DNA of 64,000 nt from the human T2T-CHM13v2.0 reference genome, Homo sapiens. The first letter of the stretch is position 1. Every line of letters starts with the position of its first letter. The stretch lies in NCBI RefSeq assembly GCF_009914755.1, contig NC_060929.1. One strand, 5' to 3'. A model generated the notes under the pieces. That model ran no database searches. It had not been told where the DNA came from and saw nothing but the letters and a program-made list of their open reading frames with translations. A program made the position numbers and the translations under genes. Shown piece after piece: positions 1 to 12,279 of this stretch.

Positions 1-3000
1 CTTGCTGGAATGGATATAGCCTGGTAACCCACCACATTTTCAGGAAGGCTGAAGGACTCACACTTTCCCCAAGCATAGAAGGACACAAGCATCTATAAAG
101 CTTTCAGGGGTGGCCCTCACCTGCAGGCCTGGGCTGAGAGGAGAAGAGGACAATAGGGCTCCTCTCACTGCTAGCAATGGAGTTGACTGGACCCTGAGAC
201 AATGAGGCAATGTGCTGGTGCCAAGGAATGGCACTTTTCTTAATGACTAGCCGGCTTTAAGCAGCATCCTAGGGGTCCTGACTCACACAGGGTAATTGAG
301 ATGGTTACGATGATACAGCAGGTCTACATGGGCTTCAGGCCAAGGCACTGACAGCTTAGAGCAGCAGAAGGTGTCAGTGTGGATGACCAGGAGACTGAGG
401 ACCCTCTCTCCAAAGACAGCTTGCTCCCTTGCCCAGTGTCCACACCTGAGCCCATTTCAGACCCAGAACCCACTGACTGAAGAGATGTTGAGTTCCCAGG
501 AGTGAAGATCAATCTTATCACACCATGACAAGTAACATGGGATGATTCTCTCCTCTGTCTTTCCTGAAGAGACCTATGGACATTTACCCAGGAATCTGTG
601 CCTGCAGGAAAGGGATATATATTGACAATGATTGGACAAGGTATCCGGAATTACATTGATACTCAAAGATAAAAGTTCATCACACTTTCCGTACACAGAA
701 GAGTACATGTTGACACAGAATGGCTGGGCTCCCAGCTAAACCCCACCCTTAAGTCTGGAAGTGTGACCCTAAGAGAAAACAGCTGACCCCATTTTTCCAC
801 CCAAATGTTGCCTTTTGGCCTTCTACATCCCAGTCCTGTGCTCATAAAAAGACCTCAGCTGGCAGAGCAATGCAAGCAGCTTAGCGACAGAGATACAAGT
901 GGCTTAGCGGTGAGCAGAGAAGCAGCAACTGAGCATCAGAGACTATGGATAGACACCGCTAACTTCAGACAGTGTGGCTTCAGGGAAAGATTACCTTCCC
1001 ACACCATTCTCTTTCCAACTCCCATCCCCCTGAGTGCCATCACCCAATAAAATCCTCCTCATACATTGCCTTTCAATCTGTGTAACCTGATTCTTCCTGG
1101 ATGCTGGACGAGAACCCAGGTGCCAAGAGGGCGGGGGCTTGGACACTGCTGCAGGGCCCACACAGAGCCTTCTCCCATCAGAGAGGGTGACTGGCTGGTC
1201 CCAGCGTCCGTTCCCTCCAGTTCCCGCGCTCGCTTGCTTGCACACTACCTCTCATGAGGAGTGGCCAGCAGCGGGCTGAGTGAAACGAGCCACTCCAGTT
1301 CCCACCCACAAAGCGGGTCAGGGGAACTACCCATCTCATCCTGAAGTTAGCCAATAAACAGAGCCACATCCAAGGCCTGACTTACAGGCAAGCTATTGGG
1401 TCAATGGACCCATTTGGTACTCGTTTCCCCAGTGATCAAATCTATAATTGGAATGCGCAACCCTGGCAATTGGTTCAACCCTCAAAACAGGCCCTTGGTT
1501 TGTGTAATAAAAGCTATTGTAATAAGGAAGGCAAGTGGAAGTCACCCCTCATCAACCCTGATCAAAGTAAGAAATCAAAAGCAACATTGCAACCCAGAAT
1601 GCATGATGAAAATTGGTGCCATCACAAACGGCTAAAAAGAGATGGGTTGGTGGCTCCCCTCATATATCCATTAATTGACCAGTTTGGCTCTGCAGAAAAT
1701 GGATCTGGAGAATGTCACAGACAACCGCAAGCTCATCCATGTGGTCAACCTGATTGCAGCCACTCTATCAGATGGAGCATGTTTCTTAGAGCAGGAACAC
1801 ATGGTCTCGGGTACATTGTATGTAATCATTGATTCGGCAAACATTTTTTTTCTTCCATCTCAGTCAGAAAAATAGAATGAGAAATGATTTGTTTCCACAT
1901 GGAATTGACAACAATAGGCATTTACATTTTTGCCCCAGGACTGTAATCCCTATAGCATCTAGCATAATAGTCCAAAGAATCTTATTTGTCTTGACATTGA
2001 CCTATTACATTAATGTGATTATATCGGTCAGGCCAGGTGAGTAAGAGGTGGCTAGTGTGCCTAAAGCCTTGGTAGAAGACATGCTCTCCTGAGGCTGGTA
2101 GTAAACCTTGCAGAAATTCAGAGACTTGCCACATCCATAGACATGTGGATACTGATCATCAGGAGCATGCTAAGAAAAGTCACCCTCCCATGAAAAACAA
2201 ACACAATGCCTGGAAGGCCTGTTCGGGTCTATAGGGAGGATATTCCACACCTCAGGAACCTTCTTTATTCCATAACCTGAGTGACTCAAAAAGCCCTTCC
2301 ATTTCGGTCACAGGATCTGACAGCCTCGGTGTTGATGGATTTATCAGGGAAGGGAAAATGCACTTTATGAAGGGTGGGCTGTGCAGCATGCCTGAGTAAA
2401 CTCACAGCACGGGAGGACCCTGGGGGGCTGAAGCAAGACCATGGCACTCACAGCAGAACATGGTCTGCCTCTTTCAAAGCAACCGGCATGCTCCTGGACT
2501 CTCACAGGGACCGAATCCTGGGCCCGTGAGGTTGGGTGACCACGCATCCAGGCTTGCCCATCATGAGCTGGATCGTGTCAGGCCCACTGAGGGCCCAGCT
2601 CAGACAGGACCAGTAAAGCTCTATCCTAAGATGGAAGTGGTAAATCTGGGCTGGAACATGAGCAGGACCGAGGGCCTGAGCAGATCTTCTGGACTGTGTT
2701 GGCCTCAGTGCTGTTGCAGCAGGGCCCCTCCCTTGGTTCCCATCCATGACTCCATGGGAGATCTTCCAGCCAGTTGAAGAAAGAGGGAGAAACCTAACCT
2801 ATGGATGTGTTTGTGAGTCCAGGGCAAAAACAGACAGCAATCGCCCTCCATGCTCATTTGGGAGTGGCTTTGAATAAGAGTACCAAGGGAAGTTTATCTC
2901 AATAAGAAGTGTGTCAACAGCAAACCCAGTCACCTCTTTGTGGAAAGAGAAGTCATTCCAAAGAATACATATGGAGCCATAGGAAGTGGCCAATGCCCTA

Positions 3001-4115
3001 GCCAACTAGCCAGAACCTGGAAAGAAAAGGTTGGAAGATCAGGGAAGACCTATGGCAGAGGCATGAGCATGGCTACATGGGAGGAATCCCATAGAGTTTG
3101 AAGGGTAGAGAGGTTGAAGATCTTTATAGTATACATTAATTTCCATGCAAAAACATTCCCTGCAGAAGAGATACTAAAACAGTAGAAAGATTGGCCTGCT
3201 CAGCAGCAACAGTTCCCCTCTGGCGACACCTATCCTTATGCTGACATGACAAACGTATGAGAAACTGGCCGTGGTGGCACAGATGGAATTGACATTTTTG
3301 CCCAGCAGCCTGGACCCCACTGGCTGAAGCTGAGGAGGCTGAGCTGGCCACTACTGCCAGTGATTTCAAACTGCCAGTCCTGGGGACCAACACGGAGTTC
3401 CTGGTAAGGCAGCAATCCTGGAGGAAACAACATCCCACAAGTTGTCTCCATTGGGCCCCTTCTCGTCTAATGATCCAGCAGTGCGTTCTCACAGAAATAG
3501 ACACTCTTCTGAATTTGCTCCCACAAACTCAAGCCAGCCCCCCTGTCCTGAACTTACAGAGGGTTTAACCCACTGGCTTGGGATTCCACCTAATAAGGCA
3601 CCAACTCAGGGTCATTCCTCAGCATAAGAGTAGCAGGGGTGGCCCACAATTATGGGATTCATGATTATGTCATATGCTGTCATCAGCCTAGTAGTAATAC
3701 CCTGGGAGGATGGGGTGTCATGCTCCAGAGCACAGTGCCTACATTGAACCAAATTTCCTTACAGGCCATGACTGCACCGATGGAAGACTGCACAGGTCTG
3801 GCATTGAGGAGTGCCCATCCTCTCTAAGCATCCGTCACCATGACTCTTCCGGACAACTCTGGGCTTTACAAAGTTAAAGATTCTTGTCCTCACAAAGGGT
3901 GCACTTTTGCCGAGGGACAAAGCAAGAGTCCCAGTGAATTATAAGCTTCGTGGCTTTGAGCTTCTTCACTGATGGGCCAGCAGGGAACAAGAGGTGTCAA
4001 CCTCCTGGTACAGGTGGCTTTCAGCAGAGGGAGGATCAGCAGCCACTGCACAATGAGGAAGGGCTGCTCTGAAATGTACAGAGAGAAACAAGTCTGGGCA
4101 GTGCAAGGGCTGGGC
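1..4115 (+). mobile_element. Highly decayed ERV-L class internal sequence (HERV16/ERV3-16A3-like): gag end, protease, RT, integrase and dUTPase remnants; interrupted by a solo LTR at 711-1338
   Basis: ORF fragments 1396-1635 (WTHLVLVSPVIKSIIG..NWFNP..KAIVIRKA) and 1675-1875 (VTDNRKLIHVVNLIAATLSD..LEQ..GTLYVIIDSANIFF) match the recalled HERV-L pro/RT sequence (THPVVISPVPECIIG; VDYRKLNQVVTPIAAAVPD..LEQ..GTWYAAIDLANAFF). Integrase zinc-finger-like region ~3270-3410 and dUTPase-like region ~3880-4050. Many stops and frameshifts. Confidence 0.85.
711..1338 (+). mobile_element. ERV1 solo LTR, LTR27-like (LTR1/LTR27/MER52 group), nested in the ERV-L protease region
   Basis: TG...CA termini (tgacacagaa...ccatctca), TATA-like cataaaaa at ~844, AATAAA at ~1046, and close resemblance to the recalled LTR27 consensus. 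ERV-L sequence resumes on both sides. Confidence 0.75.
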
Positions 4116-4470
4116 TGTGGTAGACCCAGAGGTTTGCTGATTCCCCAGACGTCCTTGCAGAGGTGCCTTGCTCCCCAGTCATGCTGTGGGCTCCCTGAGC
4201 AAAGCCTTCAGTGAGAGACCAGGTTCTTCCCCAGGCAGTTGTGCCCAAGCAGTGCAGGGTTTGGTCCCATGTCAGCCTTTGTAATGAGAAATGCATCCCC
4301 AAAGCTTCCCTCTGAGGCAGCTGAAGTTTTCTGGGGTCTGCATCACTGACTGACTTCTCCCTTTACCCACCCCTGCTCCCTCCTCTCCTTCTCCCCTGGT
4401 GTTGATTCCTCATAAATACCTTGAAGTCCATCTCCTCCCGTTTCCAGATGAGCAACCTGTCTCCACAACA
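4116..4470 (+). mobile_element. LTR16-family 3' LTR of the ERV-L provirus
   Basis: Follows a PPT-like gcaagggctgggc and starts tgtgg. Contains LTR16-like ggtctgcatc..cttctccct..ggtgttgattcc..ataaa and ends ..caaca. Confidence 0.65.
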
Positions 4471-4619
4471 TCCTGTCTAGCTTCTCTCAGACAGCAGGAC
4501 CCATGTGGAAATCACCTCCCCAGAAAGCCTTCCCTGCCCTTCCACCTCCACCACCAGGCTGGGTGGCCCAGTGCCCCTTCCGGCCCATTCCTTCTACATG
4601 CCGTTCTTCCTCCACCCAC

Positions 4620-4765
4620 TTTCCACATTCAATTGTGCCTTCTCTATTCTCACCCACCCACTGCCTGGAAGTTGCTTGGGACAGACAGCAGGTCTCAGCG
4701 CTCCAACCCTAGGCATAGATCCAAGTGAAGAGTGCATAAGTGTGGGCAAGTAAATGAATCCCATA
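4620..4765 (+). mobile_element. L2 3' end fragment
   Basis: Diverged L2 terminus ending in gtaaatgaat. Confidence 0.4.
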
Positions 4766-4899
4766 GGTGCGTCGCATGAAAACAGTCTCCAAAATACGAA
4801 GCAATGTGCATACTAATAAAAGAAGCCAGAAGGTGTTTTCTACATAATTCACAAAGCAACCTGCAGTCGTGCCCTACCTCTGCATTTTACCTGTGATGG

Positions 4900-5110
4900 C
4901 AACCAACTTCTGAGTGCCAGCCACGTGTGCCTGAGTTCTTGGTGCTTTACCTCCACAGTAGAAGAAACCTAGGAGGCAGATACTATTGGAGATCCACATT
5001 TTATGGGTGAGAAAAGGAAGGCACAGCGCGGACACTCCCCAGAATTCACTCTAGCAGAGACCTGGGGCCTGCCCCCAGGCTGTCTGGCTGCTAGGTGTGC
5101 TCACTGCCTG
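4900..5110 (-). mobile_element. MIR
   Basis: ccacattttatgggtgagaaaaggaaggcacag resembles the reverse MIR core. Confidence 0.55.
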
Positions 5111-8100
5111 GGCTGGGCTACTGCACACAGTTAGAGGGCTGCAGCTTTTCACAAGTGTCTTAGATGCAGTGGAAGTATTTTCTGACTCCATCTCATGGGA
5201 GCCCACACTTGCAGTTCACATCCTGACACTCAATGTGCTATTTAGGGAGAATTTAGACACACTATTTGAATTTTAGCTTCTGGAAATTACTGACAGTAAT
5301 TCTCACAGGACTTGGTGAGGTTTAAAGACGTTGTGTCTGTTATACCTTGCATAGTCTATTGTTCATGTCACATGATTGTAAATTAAGACATAGTCCATTG
5401 TTTAAAATGTAGTGTTTAAAATATAGTACAAAATTTCTAAATGCACAACCCTGTACCAAGACTGTATTGTCCTCCACACGAAGCAATGCAAGTGGAAACT
5501 GAAGCTTTCAAGCTCATTATTTATCTTCTGGCTTTTTAAATTAAAATGCTGCATTGAACTACAATGTCTTTTCCTTTTATTCTATTCTGTCAAAGCTATT
5601 TGTGTGTGAAAATTTATTTTTGGCTTCTCTGTCTCATATGGTCCTCACCCGACCTTTCTAAGGCATCTCAGCTAGGGTGGAAATTCCAAAGTGATCAGGA
5701 AAGGCCAGACACCTGGGGGAGGCTGAGCCAGGAGGGCAGACCCCTGACACGCCGGCTGGAGTCTATTTCTGCTGAAACCCAACTGAAAGACGCCACTGTT
5801 TTCAGTGGACATGAGGAGGTCCGGCGGGGAAAGAGAGGAAGCCTGGCTTCCTGATGAGTGAGGAGTAAAGCATGTTCTTTCCTGAGCACACATCATCACC
5901 CAGGCTAAAGCCATAGAGGCGTGGGGTCAGTGCAGGCTTCAGAGGATAAACACGGAGCATTTTGCTGCATATCCAGGACTGAACATCCACTTCTGGGCCT
6001 GTTTCCTAAGATGTCAAAATATCTATAATTGCCAAGTCAAAACACGTCCAACAGGAGAAGCCGTCGAGCTGGAGAATCCTTTCCGTCACTATTTCCTGGA
6101 ACACAAAGCCCTGTTCTATGGCCCTTTGCCCAGGGTGCCTCTTAAATGCCACCAGAACCTTTTCCCATGTTGGTATTCTCCATAAAAAAATTTAACTAGA
6201 AGGAAAAGAGATTGAATGACATGATTGTGGATAGTTTGATTAAAAACTGTTGCCACAAATAGAATTTACGAAGGAGAGAGGCCAATTGCTATCTATGCCC
6301 CCAAACCAGAGTCTGTGTTTACCTTCCAATAAGGGAGCGCAGGTTAAAGTCAACAGACAGAAGAATATTCTCTAAGTGTCTGCTCCATGCCTTGGGGGAA
6401 CAGGCCCCTGACCATCCCTTCCTAAAATGAGATAAGGACCTAACTTAAAGTAGGTCTTGTTTATCAGCCCCTTGCTCTGACAAGTCGATTTCAGATTTCA
6501 AGTTTAGACAGCACGTTTTCTAAAGGAATTTGATCCCTTCTGATTTTATTGCAAACCAGGGAGATGTGGTCACAAAAGGCCTCTTTCACAGACAGGAAGA
6601 GTTTTCACCTGGAAAAATAAACTGACAAAGACAACATTTACATATTGCTGATGATATAGTGCCCTTGGAGGAAACCCTACACAGCCTTTTAGCTAATGGT
6701 GCATTTTAAAACATGGAAATGGCAGGACATATCATAACACATGATCTGTCTGTTTCCTGTCCCGATTTTAGTGAGTTTCCCACCCGGTGGTGTCCATGGG
6801 ACTACCTCGAACCAACATCTATGTTAGAGAACAAGGCTCATCACTCTAATGGCAGATCTTTAAACACTCAGCTCTGTTCACTGCTTCAAAAAGCTGTACA
6901 ATGATTTTTGCTACTGTCAAACTTGAGAAAAAATAACACAAGGAGAAAACAGACATAGTATAAGCTTTTTATTTATAGAGAATTCACCCTGAACTGCTCA
7001 TCAGGGAAACAAAATATATGCTTGATAATTCTATAAGAGATGAACTCTCACGACAACTCTTGTCTTACACATTTGTTTGCAAACCTGGTCGGTTTTATAG
7101 GCACTTAGCTACTCAAACCAACCAGACTGGGGCAGATCTGGCTTGCGTTTGGGAGTTGGGGTTGGAATCGAAATATCGTAGGTGTGAGAAGAGGCGATTA
7201 TTATTAAAGATAAATGGAAGAGGAGAGTTTCTGTTCAGCAGCTTCTCAACCATTCCTCTAAATTCTAACCCCTTTGGCATGTTCTAGATTGATAGAGAGA
7301 ACTTCTGTGCTGCAGCCACGCCACGACACCTCTGGAGCCAACCTGAACTCTCTGGAAAGTTTCTGTCAGATTTCATAATTTCACCAGGATTTTATAATTT
7401 CAAGATTTCACCAAAGGATGGGTGACTTGAGCTGTCGCAGAAGGCAGAGACCACATCCTGGAGCTCTTCAGAGCTCCCCACTGCCCCACAGGAGGGTGCA
7501 GCAGGACGTCCATGGTGAAGCCACTAACGACATTGATATTCATCACTTTTTACATTAAGAGCAATAATTTCCAGGCCTCATTAATACAAACTATCATGTG
7601 CCCTTTGGAAAAGTGTGCCTAGACTTAACGGATCCCTGTTGTAAAATGCTTGGATTTGTTGATACAATTTGAAGGGGAAAAGTGGGGAAACTACTCTGCA
7701 GCTCTAGTGGCCCAGCACTGACCCCACGGAGCCTCGTGCCATTCTGTTCTCTGGCATTTTAAGTCAATGTGCTGTGTCATCCTGCAGACTGGCCCAGCAT
7801 CTGCCAATACAGGTCCCCATGGGAAGCCTTGGAAGCTTTCGAAGTTTACATCAAAAGCATGGGTTAAACTCTGCAGTACATCTTTCCAAAGTGGCAACAA
7901 AAGTTCCTTTTTATCCCTTGATCAGTGGAGCTCACCTGTAGGAAATGTTACACCTTTATATTAAACCGATGAATTGTCTCTTCTATATAAACTAGAGACA
8001 TTCTTGACAGGCTTAAAGTCATTAACACCTCCCTGGAATGCCGGGTAGAGCCCGGAGCACTCTGCCTCCCTTGCCTCTGCATGCTCAGAAACCCGCGGCT

Positions 8101-11100
8101 CCTGAAACCCTCAAGCACATTTTCCTCTTGATACTTATATCGCTGATTTATTGAAATGAGCAAAAGCTTGTATGTTGGCAGGATTGTCCCTGACACAGAT
8201 GTGTACAGTAAAACACATTTGATGTTTTCAAATAAAGACCTTGCCTTAAATTAGCAAACTATTGGATTACTCTGACAGGTTGGCAAAATAAATCGTCAGT
8301 CAACGCTTGTCACAACCTATCTGGAGGCACCTTGCTGGGGTCCGGCCAAGATGTTCAGCAGGAGTGTTGGGAAGGCAGGGGTGCACCTGAAATGTGAGAA
8401 CTCCACACTGCACCTTAGTTGCTTTTCTTTAAAGATACCGTGGAAACCAAAACTTGCTTTATTTTAAAGAACCTGTTGAAAACAGGCATTTTATTTTAAA
8501 TCTACCATCAGCCAATAAAGAGTGGTTTGTTCTCCCTCCTTTCCTCCCTCTGCCCACCCTGTCTTCCTTCCTTCTCCCTTTTTAAAGATATCTAAACCTT
8601 GAATACTTTCCAAAGAACAATGCCCTACCATTGTGGATATAATCATCACCTTATTTTGCCTAACAAACACATTTGTGAATTTTACTGTCAAATAGTCAAT
8701 TCCACAGGTGAGTTTTGCCAGTTTCTCCTAGACACTAGCACGTTGAAATTGATTTGAATTGTTCTTTTTAATAGGAAAGTAATTGAAGCAGTAATTAATG
8801 TATTTGGAGGTGTTAAACATTTATTACTGGCATTAAACTGTGTCTAGCTGTACCTGGCATGCTTTCTTCCTCACTGTTTCCTTTTCAGTATCTCCATTCA
8901 GTTTCCCCAATTTATTTTTTGAGCCAATGTAGTAGGTTAAATTATTTGCTGATAGTTACAGAGAAGAAAAATGGCATCATTTTCAGGTATTTGGGGGATG
9001 TTACTTCATCATAATTTTTAGGCTCTCTCTAGTTCTTTCACTGTTCGCTGGGGTGGGTTAAAGGTTTACTCTCTCTCTCTCTGATAGCAGTCAGAGGGGT
9101 GCACAGCACACATCTATTAAATAAATAAAAACATGCAACTGGAATGGACCAACAAGCAGCCGGCCACAAAGAAACACAAGCTGATGTATGTACAATCTGA
9201 GTATAGTTCAGGGGTTTAAACCTGGAGGCTGCTTGTCCAACTCAAACAGGAGATGGTTCCCTTGACGTCTGCTTCTTCACATCTCAGTGTCTCCAGAAAT
9301 TCAAATGGCTGGGCAGTAGCAGAGGGATGACTTCCCTCTCACTAGCCCAGGCATAAACAGGAAGCAAAGCAGAGGCTCACAGGGTGCATTTGACAAAGAG
9401 AAGGGCATGAGTCTATAAACCTGGGACAATTGCAGGTTTAGAGGCATCTTGCTTTTCTGGGAACAAAGGCATCCACAGAGTCCTGAACAGTGTGGGGTGG
9501 GTGGCTTGTACTTCCCAGGGCACGGTACAATCCCAGTGACATCCTGATTGATATCCTGATGGAGGAGCTTCCAACAGCAATCAGTATCTTACAAAGGTTG
9601 CTTTGTACAGTTTTGTATGTAAGCTGATTTTAATATGGTGACATAACATAACTGTTGGTAGTTATTTAACTCAGGCATTTTAGTAACTGCAATGAATTCA
9701 TCTGCTTTTCAGATCTGGGTCCATTTTCTGGGGAAAAAAATGGTTACTTCAACAAGTTCTAATGACATAGAAGCATCTCTAAGGATTTTCAGTATTATTC
9801 AGTCCCACCCCAACACAGTCAAACACAAAATACATGATTAAGTTAAAATAACACTTTAAACCATTGCAGAGATGCAGGAGGTTTAGTGTTTTTGTTTTCG
9901 TTCTGCATTTTCTCAGCTCAGCCTCCTGAGACTGGCCTTAGTGTGTGCATCATAACAAGCTGGGCCTAAGGCCCCTGTGCATCAGCCTCTGGTGTGCTTA
10001 CACACTACCCTGGGTTTTCAGTTTCACCAATCCCAATGCCTACCATGTATTGATGTCCTGTTTGTAGTCAGTGCACATGGATCAGCACTGTATTCCTCAC
10101 TGCTATAAGCTCATGTGAAGGGAAATGCCACTGATCTGAGCACAGCAGTGGAGGTTATCTGGGAGAAGGGGGTGAGAAAATGATGCAGGTGCTTTAGACT
10201 AATAAATGCAGGAGACACGATGAGTTCTGTCTCAAAAACCAATCTTAGGTTTGCTATTTCCTCTCCAGTTTCATCACTATGACCCCAGGGATGGTCACAG
10301 TTGCTCCCACAGAACACATTTCTGTCTGTTTATGTGTTTGTTATTTGCTTTTACTTTTTCTTCTTGTCAGTCTCTGCTTCTAGAATCCGAGTTCAACAAG
10401 AGAAGAAACTTACACATGCTTACTAATATTTACTAAGCTTTTGTGGGGTCCACCAGATTTCAGGCACTTCATAAATATTTAACAAATGGAGGAATGCTAA
10501 TGAAACAGTGAACTAAAGCTTAAACCCAAACTCACGGTGAGTCTGTAGTAACATCTTTTCATAAGAAAGACATCAAGGTATCTCAGCCACCAGCTAGTGT
10601 GTTGGAAAAAAAAGAGAGAAGGAAAAGAAAGAGAAAGAGGCTGGGGGGAGAAGGAAAAAAAAGAAAAGGAGAAAGGGAGGGAGAGAAGGATGGAAATAGG
10701 GTTTATTTTGCCCTGTGGTGTGGCCTGGGCATTTTTGCACACATATTTTTAAAAACTTACCTGACATGTCACAATTAATCCCAGACATGCCAAGGTCATC
10801 AGGCTGATAAGGTAGGGTTCTGTCCTGCTTGACTGCATAGCAGTTGGCTTAATTGAAATCACCCAAACAATCAATTCCCATGCCAGGTGGTGTCAATGCT
10901 TTCACAGAGAGCCTAGTGCTTTCTAAATAATTAAGCAGATTTAAAATATCACTGTCACGATCAACTATCACTATCACTATCAACATTTTTCCCCAGTTAA
11001 ATTATGCTAGTCCTTTCAGCCTTGAAAAAGCAAATTGTGCAGAAAATGGCGTCATGAAATGTGAAAGGGAGATGGGGCTCTCCCTCAGGTACCGCAGAGC

Positions 11101-11479
11101 AGCCTACCACGTTTGGCTCTGGCGAGGGGAGGTGCGGAATAGGGTAGAGGGACAGGGGACCACTCTGGACAGAGTCTTGCAGGGCGTTCAACTCAAGGGC
11201 TTCCCAGCAAGGCCTCCTCAGCTGCTTCTCTCAGACACCCCAGCTTCAGTTTTGCTGCTCCAAACAGGCCAGGTGGCATCTATATCTTCACATCACAGCT
11301 CACAACACTGGCTGAATGCCAAGTGGACCCAGAAAACTGACAGTTTAGGCTCAGTCTCAGGATTTCTTTGCGTAAAATTTCAGAATGAAAATGTAGCTCT
11401 GAAGAGATGTTCTCCTGGGTGCAAGTTCACCCTTCCCACCACAGACGTCAGACCTCTCCAAGATCTGCGGTCTGCTTCT

Positions 11480-11820
11480 CTGTGGACATTTGGGTCCCTT
11501 TAAAATCATATGCTGCACATCACCCACGAGGCAGTGGTATAGGTGGTGGGGACTTGGGGAGGTGATTATGTCATGGGAGAGGAGCCCTCGGGAAGAAAAG
11601 AGGCCCAAGGGAGCTTTTTCATGCCTTCAGCCACGTGAGGACAGCAGTGAGAACAGCTTCCCGTGAATCTGGAAACGGGCTGTCACCAGACACTAAACCT
11701 GCTGGCATCTCAATCTTGGACTCTCCGACCTGAGGAACTATGAGTAATAAATTTCTGTTGCTTATAAATTACCCATTTTAAGGTATTTTGTTATGTAACA
11801 GACCAGATGGACAAAAACAC
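11480..11820 (+). mobile_element. MLT1A-type MaLR solo LTR
   Basis: Diagnostic gccacgtgaggacag..tcaccagacactaaacctgctggcatctcaatcttggact..aataaatttctgttgcttataaattaccca. Confidence 0.8.
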
Positions 11821-12279
11821 AGCCTGAGCTTCTAGCCAGGGCATTTCATTCCCATGGAGTATGGACTATTTCATGGTTCCTGCATCTGTACACTGTTCTA
11901 TTGCAAACTTTTGTTGCTGATTCTTACAGAGGTCATCATGCATCCTTTAGTGCATGGAGTCTCTCCAGTGAAGGTTAGCAATGAAACTCCTCTCCTGGGT
12001 TTTAGTGGAGAAGACACTCATTTCCTGTGCCTGTTACATCAATGCCACTTTCTAACTGAATGTCTTGCATGCACCCACCTTCTACCAAATTGAATCTGTT
12101 TTTTTCGATGAGCTGGTAAAGCTCTGATTTGCTGAAGCCCTCAGCCCAGTTTCTTATCCAGTCTACATGTATTTTAACTGTAGTGGCCTTTTTCTAGTTC
12201 TTACTTTTCTTCCAAGGAAGTCTTACCTCTGGCCACCAACACTTCTGGAAAAGTCTACCCAATTTGCAAGGTATGACTA

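Noticed and set aside
1396-2044. ERV pol ORFs as a domesticated gene
   Set aside because: Short, frameshifted pieces; the protease and RT catalytic motifs appear decayed.
10605-10700. Purine-rich tract as H-DNA
   Set aside because: Short, interrupted and lacking clear mirror symmetry; ordinary low-complexity DNA.
11054-11503. 149-aa ORF
   Set aside because: No recognisable domain or codon bias, it ends in an MLT1 LTR, and the length is compatible with chance.
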